Assembly (NCBI GenBank): GCA_043228905.1
Contig: JBHGNT010000001.1
Coordinates: forward strand, 27,838,001 to 27,902,000
DNA length: 64,000 nt
Direction of reading: 5' to 3'
Origin: Azolla caroliniana
Lineage: Eukaryota > Plantae > Polypodiophyta
Part shown: one piece after another, positions 59,901 to 64,000 of the stretch
How the letters are laid out: each line of letters opens with the position of its first letter
How positions within the stretch are numbered: the first letter of the stretch is position 1
Translations under genes and position numbers: made by a program
The notes under the pieces: model-generated
Told to the model about the DNA's origin: nothing
Seen by the model: the letters and a program-made list of their open reading frames with translations, nothing else
Database searches by the model: none

Positions 59901-62900
59901 ACCGGATCTCGTAAACTGGGGTCTGACGCAAGCCCTCTGATTCGGGACTCGCTGCCCTCCGGTAAGGGTGCCGCGACAGGCCTTACCTTCCGGTCTACCG
60001 TCTTGTACTTCGTGCTAACCCGGGCCGTCCGATCCGACCCGAGCCCCTGACTGAAGTTCGCGATGACTTCGTACATCTCTTCGGAACATACCGGTATCGT
60101 CCGGTCTTCGTTAAGGTCTTCTCCGGCTACCTCCCTCAGCATTCCCAAGGTGTCGTCGAAGGAGACCGCCTCCACGGCTCCGCTGATTTCCTTGTCCGGG
60201 CCGAGAACTCCGCACGCTCGAAGTCGCTCCTCCGCCCTTGCCTTTTCTCGGCCAACGATGCCGACTATCATACACCCTCCGTCGTTGGAGAAGAAAATTT
60301 TTCTACCTATCGTACAAGGTTTCTTCGGTTTCGGTTCTATCGTACAGCTGTGGGGTCTTTCCCGAGTGTCCGGACTGTCTCGGCCCCACGCCTTGGCAGC
60401 CCTCTCTAAAAATCCTCCCGGTTCTCGCCACCGAGGGATTCGCGGTTTCGCTCGTGGTTCAGCCGCACCGTCAGAAATTGGACCGAATGACGCCCGTCCT
60501 GGCTTTTGACTCTCGCGTAGGCCGAACCGTTGTCCAACACCTTGGTCTCCATTCGCGCCGCCGTGATGTATGGTTCCCCTAATATGACTAGGTGCGAGGA
60601 TGTCTCCTGTACGAAGAAGTGATGGTCAATCTCGACGTCGCCGATCTTGACTCGCACGTTCGGGCAGGCCCCGTGCAGTTCCTCGATGGCGCGCGTCGTA
60701 GCCCGTATCTTCCACCCGTGCTTGGTGTTGATCGGCCACTTTCCCTTCTTATAGAAGTCCATGGACATCAGGTTTATTTCCGAACCATGGTCCACCAGTG
60801 CCACCACCGGTTCCTGAACATCTTCGATCTTTACCGGGGTTTCCGTGGTCGCTCGGGCCAAGTGTGGGCTCGAATAGTGGCTCTCCGCCCACTCATCTTC
60901 CAGCGCCAAGTCGTCGATGTGCGTCGTCCGCACCTCCATCGGTCTTTCCGGTTCCGTCTCCGTCCACAGCCTCTTCCGCTTCACCAAGTCCACAATGGAG
61001 TCGTGGCAGTCCTTCTTAGCGATCCCCAGCACCTCCCGCAATGACAGCTCCACTTTGTTGTCGAGGATCCGTTCTTCTAGGACCTTTCGTAGGTCCGTGG
61101 TCCTTTCTATTTCCGTCCCCAGTCGGTATCCGCCCTTCCTGGGGTTATCTTGCGTGCTGGACCCACCGGCATCGTTCCGTCGTTGCCCGAATCGGGTCTC
61201 GTATCGTTGTGAGGGCCCGGCCGCTCCGACTTTCCCTACTCATTTGTCTTCTACCAGAGCCTCGTAGTTCCGGCAGGCGGCTTCTACGAAGCCTGTCTTC
61301 TCCTCGACCGGGTCGCTCCACCCGGTTATTTCCCGGACCCGTCTCTCAGCGCGGTCCGCTTCATCTTTCCTCAGTCGTGCGCCGGCGAGGCCTTCCAGCA
61401 TTGCCGACCAGAATCCGTCTTTGTTCTCCTTTCAGGCCTCGCTGCCCCCGACCCGAATACCGGCCGACGTCGAGTAGTGGATGGCCTCCACGTGTCAGGC
61501 CGCTGCCTCTTCCATCAATCTCTTCATACCTCCTCGCCCGTCGTTCCGGTTTAGGGCCCTTCTGGTATCACCGGCGTGCACCCGGCCTTCCCATAGGTAC
61601 ACCACCCGGTTCCTCAACGCCTCTGCGAAATCGCCGCAGTCCTTCCGAATGTGGCCGACCTCGTCGCACCACATGCACCTGTTCCCTGCTACCGGCCGTC
61701 GGTCACGAGCCGGTTCACCGCCTTCCCTTCGAGTCTGGGCGATCTGGAGATCCTTTATCGCCCACGTCAACTCCTCCAGCGCTGCTTCTCCGGACGAGTC
61801 ATTGACCATGCCGGTCGGAGCCGACCCGGTTTCGAGCCACTCCCGGGCTTCTGCCCTTCACCCTTGCGGTGCCGGTTCAAGCCTCCTTGCTGTGACAGAG
61901 CCCGCACCGGCCGCCCCGTTATCAGCCCATTCTCGCCGTTTGTCGAAACGGCCACAAACTCTCTTAACCGCAGCCTAGTCGGTCGTCAGCCCATCTTCGG
62001 TTTCCAACAAGGAGCCGACTTGATCCCGGTCCCGCTCGTCCACCGACTTGACGAACAGTAGGACCCGGCTCGTATCCAGAATGGTTCGGTCAAGCGCCGA
62101 AAGGCGCGCAAAGCGTTCTTCAAACTCCCGGAGGAGTGCCGACGCGTTTCTTCCCTTGCCGGGGGACTCCACCCATTCCATGAAGTCCCGTTTCGAAAGC
62201 CGGAGCGCGTCGTCCAGCCCGTATTTTTCTAGGAGTCGGCCTTCGAACTCCTCCCAGGTACGGCTCTCCGCCCGTACCTCGAGCACCTCCGCATGGATGA
62301 TCGGCATCGCCACTCAAGGGAACCCAGCAAGTCGCCTCTCTTCCGGAATGTCCCGCATCAACATTTCTGCCCCATAGGACACCAAATACTTCGTGGCATC
62401 CTTTCCGCTGAACCGGTCGATCGTACTGACGACCGCCTCAATGGCTCTGTCGAGGGCGCCGGTGCCCTCGCGTGCGCTCAATATCTGATCCACGGCCAAA
62501 GCCATGGCCTCTGCAAGATCTGACCCCCTCATCTTCTGCTCTTCTGCCGCCTCTTTCACGTCGGGTTCACCAAGATGTCGAGGTATTCCTCGCGGATGCG
62601 TGGAATGAGGCGGGGCCTCGGGGGTCTTGTACCGAAGAGCAAGAGACAAAGCAGAAGGGAAGGGACCCACTACGTGTGGGCGTAGATTCACAGGGACACG
62701 GCCCTTCGACACAAAGACGCGAGTGGGACACGACGCAGAGAGACACGAATGTATGTATATATATATTAACAAGGACAAACAACAAGAAGCACGAAGTCGG
62801 TTACAACCGAACAGGCCAGCGAACAGATGCCGATGCCTGTTCGTAAACGCTCAGAAAGAAAGGAGTAGGTTGGAGGTGCTGCCGGAAGCACTCGGGCATT

Positions 62901-63218
62901 CCTCAGAGCAGCGCAAGCCTCCCGAAACCCTGCACAGAAAGAAGCTACGGAGTATGGAAGAGAGAGAAGCCTTCAGCCCACAACCCGACAGCACTTCGTC
63001 CTCTCTAACCGCGATCCCCCACTCCTCCTCGTCTCCCTCCTTTTATAGGCAAGAAAGGAGCCGTTTCCCATTAACTTCCTACCTACCGAATCTACCTACC
63101 TAGGATCTTCTATGTACCTAATTCTCTCTTATGTACTACATAAGACGCACGTGCATGAAGAGCCGGTTCCTACGCTCCGGTGCACCGATTCCGCTTGTGG
63201 ACGGTGTTCTTCACGACA

Positions 63219-63686
63219 ACGGGGTCCTACTCACGCACACCGATGATAGCCACACGACTCGAAGAAACAAAAGGGGAAAGGGTAAGGAAAGAGACTCTGC
63301 TGGAAGCACACGGATTGTCCACGAAGCAGAGGCAGCGAACTCCCGACACCCGCAGAGAACAACGATTTGAGGAGAGAGAGCCCGGCACTCGGTTCTACAG
63401 TAGCACTTCGTCCTCGCCAACGTGCGATATCTTTCTCCCTCCTCACCTCCCCTTAAATAGTTCCCAAAAGGGGGTGCCCTTTCTCCCTAGTCAAATCGCT
63501 TTATTCCATGTCCCTTCTGACAGAGATACGCACAATCCCCTAATAAATGTGTACTACTTAGCATTTACATCAGCCGATCCATTTATGAATCAATATCAAT
63601 ATATCAATTCACGCTTCCATCCATGTGAGAGCCGGTTCATGCGCCTTTTTGTCCGATTCCGCCTATAGCCGGTTTTCTTCATGACA
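63219..63686 (-). mobile_element. LTR fragment G of another family related to C/E/F
   Basis: Ends ..GGTTTTCTTCATGACA (63686), like the C and E termini, and is followed by ACGG. The left part is truncated by element E's LTR. Confidence 0.7.
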
Positions 63687-64000
63687 ACGGCAGCATCCAC
63701 GGCCAAATTCGTGTACGAACATCTCTGGTGCCGTTATGGATGCCCAATTGAGCTCGTTAGTGACCAAGGTGGGCACTTTATAAACCATATAATACGCGAG
63801 CTTACGACACACTACGCGGTGGTAAATAAGAAAATTACACCATACTACCCGCAGGCAAACGGATTGGCAGAATCGACTAACAAAATTCTCCAAACAATCC
63901 TGAAGAAGATCGTCAACGAGAACCGCACTGATTGGGATGACAAGCTCCAGACTACACTATGGGCTTATCGCACTACATTCAAAACGAGCATTCAATCCAT
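63687..64000 (+). pseudogene. Tat/Athila-like integrase core fragment (probably element B), running off the window
   Basis: Translates TAASTAKFVYEHLWCRYGCPIELVSDQGGHF..TPYYPQANGLAESTNKIL..DWDDKLQTTLWAYRTTFK. Confidence 0.85.

Larger units (their letters stand above)
48283..63218 (-). mobile_element. Ty3/gypsy element E (GC-rich, pseudogenised), interrupted by F
   Basis: 643-bp LTRs at 48283-48925 and 62576-63218 (~9 differences by eye). PBS TGGTGAACCCGACGTGA (tRNA-Trp) at ~62556-62572; PPT at 48926-48937. Gag/knuckle/PR 60406-62532, RT-RH 58102-60410 and IN 48999-50194, with many stops. Flanks are ACGC and ACGG. Confidence 0.95.

Noticed and set aside
58377-62523. Numerous plus-strand ORFs
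   Set aside because: Antisense shadows of GC-rich gag-pol coding sequence of element E.

Overview
Eukaryotic, land-plant-like genomic window (AT-rich intergenic DNA, GT-AG introns, plant tRNA primer-binding sites). The retroelement types suggest a non-seed plant such as a fern or bryophyte, but that is inference. The left ~39 kb holds a hAT-type MITE, several decayed L1-clade LINEs (one is an ORF1-only element with a 5' inversion) and three host genes: a putative secreted/membrane protein (+), a five-knuckle CCHC ZCCHC9-like protein (-) and an Elongin-B-like ubiquitin-fold protein (-). The right ~25 kb is a six-level retrotransposon nest: LINE > LTR element A > Tat/Athila-like B > Ty3/gypsy C > Ty3/gypsy E > near-intact Ty3/gypsy F, with a Tork-like copia D inside C's LTR and an LTR fragment G. 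The most striking signal is the related Ty3/gypsy group C/E/F/G. All five of its independent insertion junctions read ACG[C/G], and F has a verified 4-bp TSD. E and F share a tRNA-Trp PBS, a D-H-G protease site and a predicted gag-PR/pol pseudoknot; the frameshift is -1 in E and apparently -2/+1 in F. F's LTRs carry three tRNA-like Pol III A/B-box cassettes and a dense RY-motif cluster. All calls were made by eye, without searches.
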